A stretch of 63,332 nt of DNA, the filler included. It is 7 parts of 7 records of this genome, joined end to end, with 100 filler letters (N's around TTAATTAATTAA, not from the genome) between each part and the next. Parts side by side here need not be neighbours in the genome. Positions count along the whole stretch, not along the records: positions 22,147 to 32,372 come from SRR20825019_1069; positions 32,473 to 43,122 come from SRR20825019_1071; 5 more parts are not named here. One strand, given 5' to 3'. Shown in pieces: positions 22,312 through 35,400 of this stretch (its first letter is position 1; each line of letters starts with the position of its first letter). The notes under the pieces were generated by a model. That model did not search any database and was not told the DNA's origin. It saw nothing but the letters and a program-made list of their open reading frames with translations. The position numbers and the translations under genes are program-made.

Positions 22312-25300
22312 ATGGCACTACAACAAAACCACTTGAATCTATTACTCTTTTTTGGACTCGTACTATCATGCGAGGCCAACTTCTTTTTTCGCTTGAGGGG
22401 AGATGCGGAAAGAAAGAATACGGAAGCACCGCACATGCCTGAGGGTGGCTGTGTTCAGCCGAGCTTCGAGAATGTGGATGACCTACCGTTGAAGTCTAGC
22501 CACAGCTCTGCAACCTTGTCTGGCACCATTGCAGATGTTTCCGTCGTACAGACATACACTAATGAGGGCGATACCACCATTCGCTCCGCAAACTACATAT
22601 TTCCTGCCTCTAGCCGCGCGGCCGTGTATCATATGGAAGCCAAGTATGGTGACAAGGGTATGTACTCATTTGGCAAGATGAAAGGTGGCAGCTGACCTAG
22701 TGCCGCAGTGGTGCGAGCCGTCATCAAGCCACGCGAACAGGCTCAACGCGAATACAATGACGCAGTTAGCTCGGGCCGCGAGGCCACCCTTCTCCAGCAG
22801 CACCGCCCGAATGTGTTCGAGATGGTGCGGCCCGTCGTTTTGGATGACTTATGCGGTTGAATGCTGACTTCGCCCTTGTCAGGTTGTTGGGAACATATGC
22901 CCCGGTGACGTAGTGGAGGTTACACTTAAGTACACTGAAACTCTTCTCCTTGACGACCAGACGTATTCATTCATGATCCCTGGAGTGGTTGGGCCACGCT
23001 ACACTGGAGAAGAAACTGCTGTAAGGGCGGAGATGATAGTATCGTTCCAATGGTATCTGACTGCAGTATCACAGGGTCATCAACAAGAATTGCCTGAGGC
23101 CCAGTACTCAACCTCTGAAAAAGGAACATTCGATGCTAGTGTAAGCGTCACTATTGATGCTGGCGTGGCGGTCAAGTCGATGACATCTCCGACCCACAAA
23201 GTTGTGGGAAGCCACAAGGGCGGATATGCTGTCGATGTCACATTCAGTGAGGTATCAGAATCTGCCTACCTTTATCGAAGTAGGCACTGACCTGTCCCTT
23301 GCTCAGCATGAAAGGAACCCGGCCAACAGGGACTTTATTCTCGAATACTCTCTTTCTGGAGCTGAGCCACAAGCCGGCATTTTGCTTCACTCGTGAGTTC
23401 ACCGCCGTGGTTGAGTTGCCTGTGGTCTAACAAATCTTGCAGTGATGAAGAGAAGGGGGAACAATTCTTCCAGATCAATGTTCAGCCGCAGTCGTTTGGG
23501 GCCATTAATTCGGCGGAGGCCACGTCGCTACCTCCTCGCGAATACGTGTTCATTGTAGATGTCTCTGGCTCCATGCATGGGTCGCCTTTGGAGACCGCCA
23601 AGGTATGTCAATATTGGTTGGACATGGTGCCATACTGACCACACGATGTGGAGCAGACGTTAATGAAACAGTTGTTGGGTTCACTCCGGCCTGACGTGGA
23701 TCTGTTCAATGTTGTACTCTTCGATTGGAGCACTCAAGTTTTGTCTGACAACTACAGCATTTATGCAACACCTGACAACATCGATGCCGCCTTGTCGTTC
23801 CTTGACAGAATGGATGGTGGTGGTGGAACGAATCTGCTCCACGCTTTACAAAAGGCCTTCCAACTTCCTCGTGGGGGCGCCATATCTCGCACTTCTGTTG
23901 TCATCACGGACGGTTACGTTTCCATCGAGGATCAGGTGTTTAGCCTTGTTCGGAACCATGTAGTGCAAGGTGGCGAGAATGTGTAAGTCCGTGACATGGC
24001 CTGCCCAAATTTGGAAGGCTGACTGCTCTATACAGGTTTGCATTCGGGATTGGCCAGTCTGTCAACAGATATCTTGTTGAGGGCCTTGGCCGCGCCGGGC
24101 TGAGCGACTCGTACGTTCTTCTAGATGACTCGAGTGCCTCCCATGCGGTGTCCTACCTACAGGATTACCTTCGCACGCCCGTCCTTACAGACGTAAAGAT
24201 TCAGCTCCCAAGTGGCATCGGAGCGATGTCCGTGGTGCCTTCAAGGGCCGGTGCAATGTCGGACTACGCCCCAGGCTCCACAATATCCGCCCCAGATGTG
24301 TTTGCTCGGAGACCCCTCATCATGGTCGGCAAAGCTCTTGGCCACTTTGCGCGAGGTGAATTCGTCGAGATTTCCGGCGTGACGTCATCCGACGGTGAAC
24401 GCAAGACCATTTGGGTTCCCATTGATGCTGCTTCTCCTGGAAACAAGTCCATTATGTACTTGTGGGCACGCTCGATTGTGGACGACCTCCAAGCGCCAGT
24501 TGGACTCCTCAGCGTTGCGGATCCCAAAGCCGAGATCGTCAGCATCGGTATGAAGTACAACTTGCTGACGCAGCATACCTCCTTCTTGGCAGTCAATGAC
24601 GGCCCCCCTCGCGCCTGTGCGGATGGTTCTGGTGTGGACGTCACCCAGGTGAGTCGCTTTGCACAGTACTCGGTGGTATGTAAGTATTAACAGAAATTGC
24701 AGGCGCTTCCACTGCCGTCAGGAGTGAGCAGTGATCGCTCGGGTGCGTCCATGGCCAAGACACGTCAAGTTCGCAGGAAGGCGGCATCTCCACCCGTCCC
24801 CGGAGCCCGTGGATCCATCGCCTTTGGTGCTTTTGGTGCTGCAGTGAAAGAGAGCAGTCTGCATGCTGAACTATATGCTGGCGCCGCATCCCCTGGAAGT
24901 TATGTAGAGGGCGGCATGGACAAAGGATTCGATGGATCGGGAATATCTGCGGAGTTGGAGACGGTGGACGTGATTGATGAAGATGAAGAAGAAGGCCTTG
25001 GAGATGCGATTCCCGGTCCCATTCCTGGCCCCGTGCCATCTCCTTATGCTGAACCCGAGCCCATGCCGAGCCCTCACCCTGACAATAGGGAAGAAGGCGG
25101 CGCTGCTCCTACAGTTTGCCCAGTAGAATATGGAGATGTTGATTCCAGGAAGTCCAGGACAGCTTCTGCAGCGGGAATTATGACTGTTGTTGGTCTGGTT
25201 GGATTGCTGGTTGTCGTGGCGGTCGCTATTCGTAGGCGTAGGCCGGTTGTGTCACTTGCATCTGGCAGTGAATCCCTAACGGGACAAAACATCACCCACA

Positions 25301-25314
25301 ATCAAGAGAAATAA
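22312..25314 (+). CDS. Secreted/type I membrane VIT + vWA domain protein (inter-alpha-trypsin inhibitor-like), multi-exon
   Basis: Signal peptide; VIT motifs LPLKS..GTIADVSVVQTYTNEG, YIFPASSRAAV, LLQQHRPNVF, PGVVGPRY; NRDFILEY; vWA MIDAS-type PREYVFIVDVSGSMHG, GGGTNL, VITDGY; YLWAR, YNLLTQHTSFLAV; C-terminal TM followed by RRRR. Confidence 0.85.
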
Positions 25315-25339
25315 ATCACTTATACTTGCTAAATTTTCT

Positions 25340-27932
25340 TTATTTCTTACCACCACGCCGGCCGCGGCCAGCAGGTGAACGGCGCTGATTGACAAATGTC
25401 AGGCCGGCCTTCCGGAGAATCGCCTTTTTGGAAGCCTTCTTGAAGTCTTGCGTGGCTTCCTTCTTCGTGGGGTTACGGATCTCTTGCATCAGCTCCGGGG
25501 ACATTGTTGTGATGAAGTTGCGAGATACATTGCGTTGCTTGATGTCAGCCCTCATCAGCGTCGCCAGCTGATTCTGTAGCTCTTTGGCACGCCGGTTTTC
25601 GATGTGACTAGAGGAATCATCCTCTCCTTTCTTCATGGCGCGCTTGCGCTTCAAATTTCTGTAGAAGTCATGGGGTCAGGATAAACTCATCGCAATCGTT
25701 AGACGGCGAACATACTTGAGGCCGATCTTTTCCAGGTCATCGTCATCCAAATCCAAATCCGCCTCGCGTGCCTGCTTCACAAACCAATCTTCTTCTGCTT
25801 TCTCTTTCTTACTCTTGTTGAGTTCTACATCCAGCTATCGATGACACGAACGTCAGTACATCAGTTCATGCATATCACCAAGATACGACCCACCTTCTTA
25901 GCCACATCAACACGCTTCTCGAGCGCGCGGAAAAGCGACATATCCACAGGGAAAGGCTGCAGCCCGTCCGTCTTTTTTAACCCGTTACATATGGTACGGT
26001 AATTTTTAAGATCATCCGGTGAAATGAGCGAGATTGTAATTCCATCCTGATTTGCACGGGCAGTCCTACCACTCCTGTGCACATATGTGTCCGTCGTACG
26101 CGGCAGCTGGTAATGGACAACGTGCTTAACGTCGCGAATATCAAGTCCTCTGGCCGCGACATCGGATGCCAGTAGCACTGCATCCTCCTCCTCCTTAAAT
26201 CGATCTAGATTCTTGACCCGCTGCCGCTGCTGCATATTCGCATGAAGAGGAAACACAGGGATATCTAGTAGTTTGAGCACCGAGGTAAGCCTGCGCAGGC
26301 ATGACACGGCATTCACAAACACTATGGACCGCCCGGGGTATCTGTGCAAGACATAGTAAAGGTATTCATCCTTCTGATCCCTTGTGCATTCTATTGCCGC
26401 CTCTTCAAGGGTGCTTACTAACTTATCGTCTATGCGTTTGCTCATGTCGACAATGGCATGCTTTGGTCGCAGATTCAAGCGTTTGAATAGGATTTCAATG
26501 GGGTCTACGTCGCCCGTAGGACGGCGCTGGGCACGTCTTTGAGAAGGAGGCAACATTAGCGTCGCACTGAACAAGAAAGTCTGGCGACGACCGAGGCGCC
26601 ATTTCACATATGGGTTCTCCATTTCCTCGTCGTCTACTTCAGAGTAATCTTTCTTTCCCGGCTTCCTCTTTTCGTGCTTCTTCTTTAGCTGCTCCTCCTC
26701 TTCTCTCATGTCCTCATACTTTCTTGTGATCTCTTCAGGCACCTCACCGACAATAGCTGCATTCAGTGAAGTTAAAATCGAATCCAGTTCGTCAAAGTGC
26801 CCTTTCTCCAACATTCGATCGGCCTCATCCAGAACCAAGAACCTTACGCCAGAGAGATCGCTCAAATACTCGTTTCCAGTGGAAACCATCTCCCACAAGC
26901 GGCCGGGAGTACCCACGACAATTTCCGGCCCGTATGAGAGCAGTCTCTCCTGTTTCTGCTGTGAGAACCCGCCAACAATTGGTACTACTTGCACTCGCTT
27001 CTTGCAATGAACGATGACGTCCTTGATGTGCTGGACAATCTGCAAGGTCAGCTCGCGAGTGGGTGACAATATTAGGGCACGCAGCTTTTTCTCGTCTTTC
27101 TTCTTTGGCGCCTTCTCATTGGCCCGGTCCTCATCACGGAGCAAGGCATTGATTATGGGCAGCGCGAATGAAAGAGTCTTTCCAGATCCCGTCTCGGCTG
27201 CTCCAATGACATCCTTACGCGATGTGACAGCTGGAGGGAGGGCTTGCTGCTGGATGGGAGTGGGTTTCTCGAATCCGCAAGACTGGATTCCCTTCATCAG
27301 GAGCGGGTGCAAGTTGAGGTGGTCCCAGTGAGGCAACGATACCGCCTCCACAGCCTCGTCATCGGCTCCCTCTGCATCAACATCCATACCATCCTCTTCA
27401 ATATCTTCAATGTCGTCATCCTTGTCGGAATCTTCACCAGCGCCCTCAGGGGTATTCTGCTTAGCCTTCTTTTTCTTGTTTTTCTTCTTTTTCTTTGCCT
27501 TCTTTTTGGGAGGCTCCCCAGACTCCTCCTTAACTCCTTCTCCGTCAATAGAGGCGGGCACTGTCTGGTCGCCGTTCACTCTTGACTTCGCCTTTTGTTT
27601 CTTCTTCTTGCTCGCTGCGCTAAACTCACGAACAACACTGGGCGCAAGGAAAATGTGATTAGCTGTGCGATACCAAACACTTCGAGAGCAATACCTCTTT
27701 TCCGCTCCCTCTGCAAGATCTTTGATATCAGGTGCATATTCCACAGTGATTCCTTGGCTGGGATTTTCCAGAACCTCCAGTGACATGAAACCTTCTCGCG
27801 CACACTCGGAGCTGTAAACTATGTCAGAACCCTTGTAACTCAAACGAGAAGCACTTACAAAAGGTTCGACTTCACCGAAATTTGAGACCATGCCTCTCCC
27901 GCAAGAGGGTCCGCTTTCCTTTTGCGTCCCAT
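25340..27932 (-). CDS. DDX24: ATP-dependent RNA helicase DDX24/MAK5 (DEAD box), multi-exon
   Basis: Q motif GFEKPTPIQ, AETGSGKT, PTREL, TPGRL, DEAD, SAT, LHANMQQRQR, DVAARGLD, YVHRSGRTARA. Probable ATG at 27932 (MGRKRKADP..W). Confidence 0.9.
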
Positions 27933-28743
27933 TTTTCCTCAAGAGAATTTCACCCTGGGTGGGGAGACGCATTTATATCGTTAACACAACCTCCTCCGGG
28001 CTGGCGTGTGGAATTCTCACTCGTCAACAAAGGCATGAGTCAGCCGCGCAACTGGTGACCAGGCAGGAGTAGGGCGCCATGGTCGGCCCGCCGCCCCAAG
28101 CGCTTGGGCCGGTAGGGCCATGATTTGCCTGATCCAACGATTCCCCCGCCTGGGACGGCCGACGAGCCACCGGCACTCACCGGGGGCCACGCCCGCGGCG
28201 CCACCCCGCAACGCCCGGCTGGGTCCGGACGGTCACCGGGCCCACCATCGCCGCCGGCTGCGGCTGGCCGGGCATTGGCCCCGCCGCAATGCGGGCATCG
28301 ATCAATCGCCGTGGCCCGGCGGATACAAAATTGGCCAATCTAACCGCTGACAAATGCCACCGTCACTGCATACCTGTTAGATACCTGTAGTTCCTAACCG
28401 GATATTTTTGGGGAAACCTGTCGAGGGTGGGCAAGAATTTGGCGGCAAGCCTTCGCAAGAGAGTCCAACTGAGGATGAGCATCCGGTCAGTCCTGGCGGA
28501 CCCATCCGTGCGGGCTCGGCCGACCGGCACCTGACTGTGACGCCCAGCATGCCTCGATGAAACGGAGCCGGCATAGCGACCCGCACTGCCTGGTGGCTGA
28601 CCCGCGGTAGTCACTGGGGTCAGTCTGGAGTATCTGCAACGGCTTGAGAGTCCAGGCCGAGAGCAGCCAAAGGTCCCAAATGATCTACGTTGTGACAGAA
28701 ATAACGACACTTCGCTTCAAGTGTTCATCGAGTCCCGCTCAAC
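27933..28743. promoter_or_regulatory. GC-rich intergenic region between divergent DDX24 and RBBP5 (putative bidirectional promoter)
   Basis: Divergent arrangement; GGCC/CG-rich block with attggccaat (CCAAT-like) near 28330. Confidence 0.5.
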
Positions 28744-30448
28744 ATGAATATTGCCTTGTTAGGTACGAGTCTTACCTGCCACTGCTAGTGTAGACGTCTA
28801 ACGTGAGGGTTTCTAGGAGCCCAAGTTCGAGATTTGCCAATATCCATTGCGAAAACCCTTTCTGATGGTAATACATGCTCCCTAGCCTTCAACAAGCGAG
28901 GAAATCTCCTTGCCGCCGGCCTAGCAGACGGAAGAGTTGTCGTATGTCTTTTGAGTCAGTTGGTGCTGCGCATGAGGTCTTACATTCGTTCAGTTCTGGG
29001 ATTTTGACACCTATGGCGTTGCCAAGAGCATTTCGCATGCTCACGTCAGCCCAGTGACAAGCTTGATGTGAGTTCGGCAACCGTATGTGTTTGTTCTGCA
29101 TCCTGAAGTGTCAATAGGTGGCTGCCAGGGGGGAAATATTTGGTTACCGCCAGCCAAGATAGAACTGTTGTTAAATGGAATATTCTCACTGGAAAGTCGG
29201 AAGCCGTTTTTGAGTTTGAAGGCATCGTGACAGCACTGCTCGGAAGGCCTCGCACGAAGTGGGTATCGGCATGCATCAACATATGCAAGAGTGCTAATCA
29301 AATGCTCAGGGAAGTAGTGGTCTGCTCAGTGAACTCGATGCCCGTTTTGCTTGACCTTGAGAACAATAAGCGCACTGTAACACCATGCCCTGAGGAGGTA
29401 GGGGATGGCGATGACGACAAGGGAGGAGATATGAAGAGCTCCTCACCAGTGGCAGTTTGCTTCAATTTGAAGGGAGATGAACTATTTGTGGGTGGTGCCA
29501 AGGGTCGCATCTGGGTTGTAGATGTGACTAGCAATAAGGTCGGAATGGGTTGTTAGATATATACGTGTTTCTCGGCGCTGACAAGGAAGCAGATTGCTCG
29601 CAGCTATCAGATTGATAGAAGCAAGGCCGCGATCAAGAACGTTGTCATCTCCCCCTGCGGGAAGTACGCGATCGTGAACTCTCAGGACAAGAGCATCCGC
29701 GTGTTCATTGCGGAGGATATGTATTCAGATGGAGGTTCACCGTCGTCTCCTACTACTCTGGTCTGCTCACATACCCACAAGGACCCGGTCAATCAAGCCC
29801 AGTGGAAGTGCTGTGGATTCACGCCCGACTCCGAGTACATATTTGCTGGTGAGTACATTGTGGCAATTCTGACGTCTTGAATTTGGTCTAATATTTCCGG
29901 AACTAGGTTCTGCACAAAAGGAGGTTCACAACATCTACATTTGGAATCGAGTCTCTGCTCAGCTAGAAAAGATGCTGGAGGGGCCTAAGGAAACGATATG
30001 CGACATGTTGTGGCACCCACTGCAACCAACCGTTGTTTCGTGCTCAAACCGCAGCATTTTCGTGTGGACCAAACCGTACGTGGAGAATTGGAGTGCCTTT
30101 GCACCCGGCTTCACGGAGCTCGAGGAAAATCATGAATATGAAGAGCACGAGAGTGAGTTTGACATCAAATCTGATGATGGCGGGAAGGCCAAAGAGGTGG
30201 ATGAGGATGAGGATGTAGACATCGGATCTGATCTGGGACCGGGCGAGGGCTCTGACCAAGAGGAGTTTTGCATTCCCATTGAGATTGAGCCCGATTTTGA
30301 TCCGAAAGTGATGTCTCGCAAGGGAACGCCGCGTCTTGACAAGAAAAATGTGCAGGAACCCGGTCGGTTTTCGGTGCCCCCAGAGAAGAGGCAGCGTACT
30401 GAGGAAGCTGATGAAGTTGTAGATGTTGAGGGAGATGGAGAGCGATGA
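28744..30448 (+). CDS. RBBP5: RBBP5/Swd1 WD40 subunit of COMPASS/SET1 complexes, multi-exon
   Basis: MNIALL start, FNKRGNLLAAG, DPVNQAQWKCCGF, LEGPKE and the hallmark ENWSAFAPGFTELEENHEYEEHESEFD. Confidence 0.9.
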
Positions 30449-30559
30449 TGACGAAGCGAGGGGAATTCCAGTCATGCCAGAGATAGAAAGTAACCGAACG
30501 ACCCACATACAGCACACTTGTACAATACGTTTGTGAACAAGCACTTGTAAACTGTGACA

Positions 30560-31742
30560 CTATTTAAAAGAGTTGGACACACCACAACGAGTGGCCCATG
30601 AAGGTGCAGATGCAGTGTCAAATGTGTTGCCGCTGAAGTCACAGCGGATCAGTTGCGATGCAATCTTGTCAAATTCTGCGGGAAGCTTGCCCGATAATTT
30701 GTTCATGCTCACATCTCTGCACAAATCACACGATATCCAATTAGATCACGAGCTACCGGCTCTTGTTGGCCACTCACATCTCCTTCAAGGTCTTGAATTC
30801 AACCAAGTCAGACGGCAAAGACCCAGTGAAATGATTACTACCGAGAAGTCTACAATGACGAAAATATTTGTCAGCCCTTGTTAAGATTCAGTGAGTATTC
30901 CTCTCATACATGAATTGCAAAGTTTTGGGGAGACCACTCGGAATAGAGCCGGATAGCTGGCAGTTGTTCAGGCCCCTGTTCCCTAGGTAAGTTTACGGTT
31001 GCAACGCACATGGAATTACAAAATACAAGAGCGCACTCATGACAGGGTGACATACATTCCAATGATTGAGTTCATGTTAGCAAAAGAATTGGGGATGGAG
31101 CCCGTGAACTTGTTATTGTTAATGTAGAGGCTTGTGAGCGCGCCCAAGCTTCCTAGTTCCTCGGGCAGTTCTCCCGAGAGCTCGTTTTGGTACAACCGCA
31201 GAGCGTCCAAGTTCTTCAACTGACCGAAACTCTTGGGTATAGCCCCGCTCAACTTGTTTGTGTTCAGGTGCCTATATGTTGCTGTCAGTCGATGACAACA
31301 CAAACGACATACACTTACAAATAAACAAGACCAGTGAGTGATCCAAACTCGTCCGGAAGTGAACCAGTCAACTGGTTTTCCTCAAGAAAGAGTGTGTTCA
31401 AAGTAGGGATGGACGCTAAGGTAGCTGTCAATGGACCCGAAAGGCCGTGCCCCGCAAGATTTAACTCTGTAACATGGCCGTTATTGCACGTCACGCCCTC
31501 CCAAGGTTTCTGTGCGCCACAACAGTCTCCATTCAACCAGTTGGTGCTACTGAATCGTTAGAAACTAAAGCGTAACAGCCCTCAAGCTAACCCTACTTGT
31601 TGTTCCAGTTCGGCCCGCCTGTTTCATGATAAAACTTGGCTAAAACTGCACAGTCTCCATCCTGCTCAAGGACTTCAACACCGGCACTAATAGACTGCGC
31701 TAGGAGCGCGAATACAATAATCGCTCCGGTCACACGCAGCAT
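30560..31742 (-). CDS. Secreted leucine-rich repeat protein (plant-specific-type LRRs with N-terminal cap), multi-exon
   Basis: Signal peptide MLRVTGAIIVFALLAQSISA, cap LAKFYHETGGPNW..WEGVTC and repeats such as NQLTGSLP, NKLSGAIP, NELSGELP, NKFTGSIP. TAG stop at 30560-30562. Confidence 0.85.
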
Positions 31743-32372
31743 TATTGCTCGATATTCGTCCCCGTAGCAGCGTGGAGTTGGGGAGATACTTGAAAGCCCT
31801 TTCAAATCTATCGGTGACCACGGGCAGTGAGAGTCACCCAACGTTCGTAAGGCACGGGTCGCGGGGGGCCGTCACTAATTCCCCGCATTGGACGGTACCA
31901 AGGCCCGGGGACCCGGGCTGCGCGGCCCGGGCCGCGCAGTGGCGCCGGGCGGACCGGACCGGAGCCAGAGCCCGGCCGGGGTCCGGTCCGGGTCGGTTGG
32001 TTCAGAGGCAGGCCTGAGGGCCGGCCCGCCGTGGCGCCTCTGGGCGCCGGTTGGCAACCTGAACCGGACTTTTCAAAATAATGGACATATGTCTATTGAG
32101 AAGACGCCGTTACTTCACCACAAGGCTTGTTCAAATTTCAGTTTGACGAGGGCTTGAGGGGTCGCCCGGCAGCCGGGGCCACGGTCCTGCCGCCTGGAGC
32201 CGGGCCCGCGGAGGCCCGGCCGGTGGGTGGGCCGCCCCGCCGGGGCCGCTCCTCCCGCCTGCCTGGGCGGGCCCGGCCCGGGGCCGGATCCCCGGACTGC
32301 GGCCATGCCCTCCCGGGCCGGGCGGCCCGGCCGGGGCATCGCGGCAACCCGGGGGGGGGGGGGGGGGGGGGG

Positions 32373-32472
32373 NNNNNNNNNNNNNNNNNNNNNNNNNNNN
32401 NNNNNNNNNNNNNNNNTTAATTAATTAANNNNNNNNNNNNNNNNNNNNNNNNNNNNNNNNNNNNNNNNNNNN
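32373..32472. other. Artificial contig-joining spacer
   Basis: N run with TTAATTAATTAA. Confidence 0.98.
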
Positions 32473-35400
32473 AGCTTCTGTGAGCTTACATGTCCAGGTG
32501 CCCCCTCCTCAGTATGCAGTGGCAACGGTCGCTGCAACGATTTTGGTACATGCGACTGCTCCATCGGGTTCAGGGGAGCAGACTGCTCCACGGTCTGTCC
32601 AGGCGGGGTGAATAACATCTGTAGTGGGCATGGTACGTGCCTCTCTAGTGGAGTATGCACTTGTACAGCCGACTTGACATCGGGCTACTATGGTGGGCTT
32701 GCATGTGATGTGTGCGCCGACCAATGGTTCGGCCTCCAATGCACCCAGCAATGCCCCTTCTCAAATAACACAATGTGCGCAGGACACGGAGTCTGCCAAA
32801 ACATCGAGGTTGTGTGTAAGTGCGATAGTAGTGCACTAAATGGCTACTGGGAGGGTGCAGCCTGTGATGCCTGCCAGTATGGCTACTTTGGTGATACGTG
32901 CCAACGTGCATGTCCAGGAAGCGCATGTGTTCCCTGTCTCAACAACGGCGTCTGTGACATGGGTCGTACTGCATCCGGTCTATGTACCTGCGTAGATAAC
33001 TCCACCGGTCACTGGTCTCCACCCTCCTGTGCTGACTGCGTTACTGGCTACTGGGGAGGACAGTGCATTAATGACTGCAAGTTCGTTGGAGGGCTCATAT
33101 GTGCCGGTCATGGTGAGTGTAACGGTGGTATCAGGGGTGATGGTAATTGTACGTGCTTCTCCGATGCCGTCAACGGATGGTGGATGGGGGAGTTATGTCA
33201 ATCATGTCAACCCGGCTACTTCGGCTCCGCATGTGATCGGAAATGTCCTGGTCTCGCCGCAACAGGTCTCGTTTGTTCAGGTCGTGGAACTTGTGCGGAC
33301 GGACTCTTTGGAAACGGAACCTGCTCATGCCAAACTGACTACCGAGGTACATCCTGTACTATTCCGTGCCCTAAGAATTCCACTGGATTCGTATGCTCTG
33401 ATCGAGGAGTATGCATACAGGATACAACCGCCACGGGTGTCTGCATATGTACCGCTGGTAACTACAGTGGCACCTCCTGCCAAGAGTGCTCCGACAACTA
33501 TTATGGAACTTCATGCACAGCCTGTGATTGTGGCGAGCATGGTGTTTGTAATGACGGCATTACGGCTGATGGAACATGCTTCTGTGCCTATGGATACGCA
33601 GGCGTTAAATGCGACAAGGAATGCGATGGTGGCGCTCTTTCTCCATGCAGTGGCCATGGTAGCTGTAGTATCAGCACAGGAGGGTGCACCTGTGACAACT
33701 CTACTGGTCTGTACACAGGCGGCGATTGCTCTCAATGCGCCGTTGGGTATGAGAGTAGGGAGTGCAATGTATCCTGCCCTGTAAATCCCAATACAGGTGA
33801 TATTTGCTCCAACATGGGCTCATGTTTCGAAGGACTGTGTTTCTGTAATACGGGTTCATGTGATACGAGCTGTAATGTAACAGGCGTCGCTGCATGTGAT
33901 GCTTTCCTGTGCCCATTGGGGTACTGGGGCCCTAGCTGCGAACACAGCTGCCCGGGTATGCCAACCTCCATTTGCAGCAACGCAGGATCGTGTATTGAGG
34001 GTAAATTTGGAATTGGTACATGTGTTTGCCAACGTGGGTATTCTGGAACGAACTGCGAGAGAAGCTGTCCCGGTCTCACAAGCCCCTGCTACTACAACGG
34101 AATCTGCAACGAGGTTGCGTCTACATGTACGTGTTTCGCCGGATTCGCTGGCAAGGCATGCGACATTGTGTGCCCCACATCCGGAGGTGTTCGATGTGGT
34201 GGGCACGGCTCGTGTAATGACACCTCAATCGGAGATGGTAAATGTATTTGCGATCTGGGTTGGACTTCGTCTACTTGCACCTCCATCTGCCCAGGTGGTC
34301 TCACAACCCCCTGTGGTTTCCACGGTATCTGCACTAACAACAACACATGCATATGCGATGGCAACTTCGGTGGATTGGCCTGCGAGAGGTGCAAACAGGG
34401 CTTCCGAGGCGTTAGTTGCGACTCGCTGTGTGTGCACGGTACAACGGTCGGTATCGACTGTGTGTGCGATCAGTACTACTCCGGCATTAACTGCAACATA
34501 CCGTGTCCTGGAATGTCTGTTGGAAACTGCACAGACCTCGACTGCCTCGATCGTGGAAGCAGCGATTGTGAAGGGGTTTGTGTATGGGACAGCCTTCAGC
34601 AGGCCTGCTTCGGGCAAGTTAGCTGCCTTAGAGGAATGTGCTCTGGTCGAGGACTCTGTCAACATGGTGCCAATGAAAGTGGAGTTTGTGCCTGTGAGGC
34701 CGACTTCTATGGCGCAGCCTGCACAACTTACTGTACCGCTCAAAACTGCATTCAGACACTCTCTGTATCCAATGCGCAGTGTAACAGCCTAGGAAGCTGT
34801 GGCTGTCAAGATGATGAAACTGCTCACTTTGACAATCTACTGAGCGGGTGTACTGACTGCAAGGCCACATGGTTCGGTCCTACTTGCAGCTTCAAATGCC
34901 CGTGTAACGACCATGGAGGATGTGATCAAGTAACAGGTACATGCGAATGTGCAGGAGATTTCGCCACCGGGTTCTGGGATGGGGATAGTTGTGATTCATG
35001 TCTGGATGGATACGTCGGCGAACTATGCAATCGACTAAATGTTGAAATTACGAGGTTCGACACCACTACCGCGTTCCAGTACCCAACCGGCAACTATTTC
35101 CAAGGATTCCTCATCGTCGACTCCATATACAACATCTCCTACCTCGGCACCACCCCCTTCGCCTGCATCGACAACAACAAGGTGGCCAACAAAACGACCA
35201 GTGTCGGAAATTTCGGCCAACCGATGCTTGCATATGAGAGCGACTCGCACGTATTTGTGGTCTTTTCCCACAAGGACACAGTGTATGCAAATGTAGATGT
35301 ATACTCTATTCAGAGAAACGATTCCACATGCTCCACAATGGCCCTTCAAAACTCATACCGCATGGCATTCGCAACACGCGCCGCATCCTCACGACGCATG

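Noticed and set aside
27933-27972. ORF-track start of DDX24 at 27972
   Set aside because: ATG 27932 in another frame gives a more plausible first exon ending at a GTAAGT donor.
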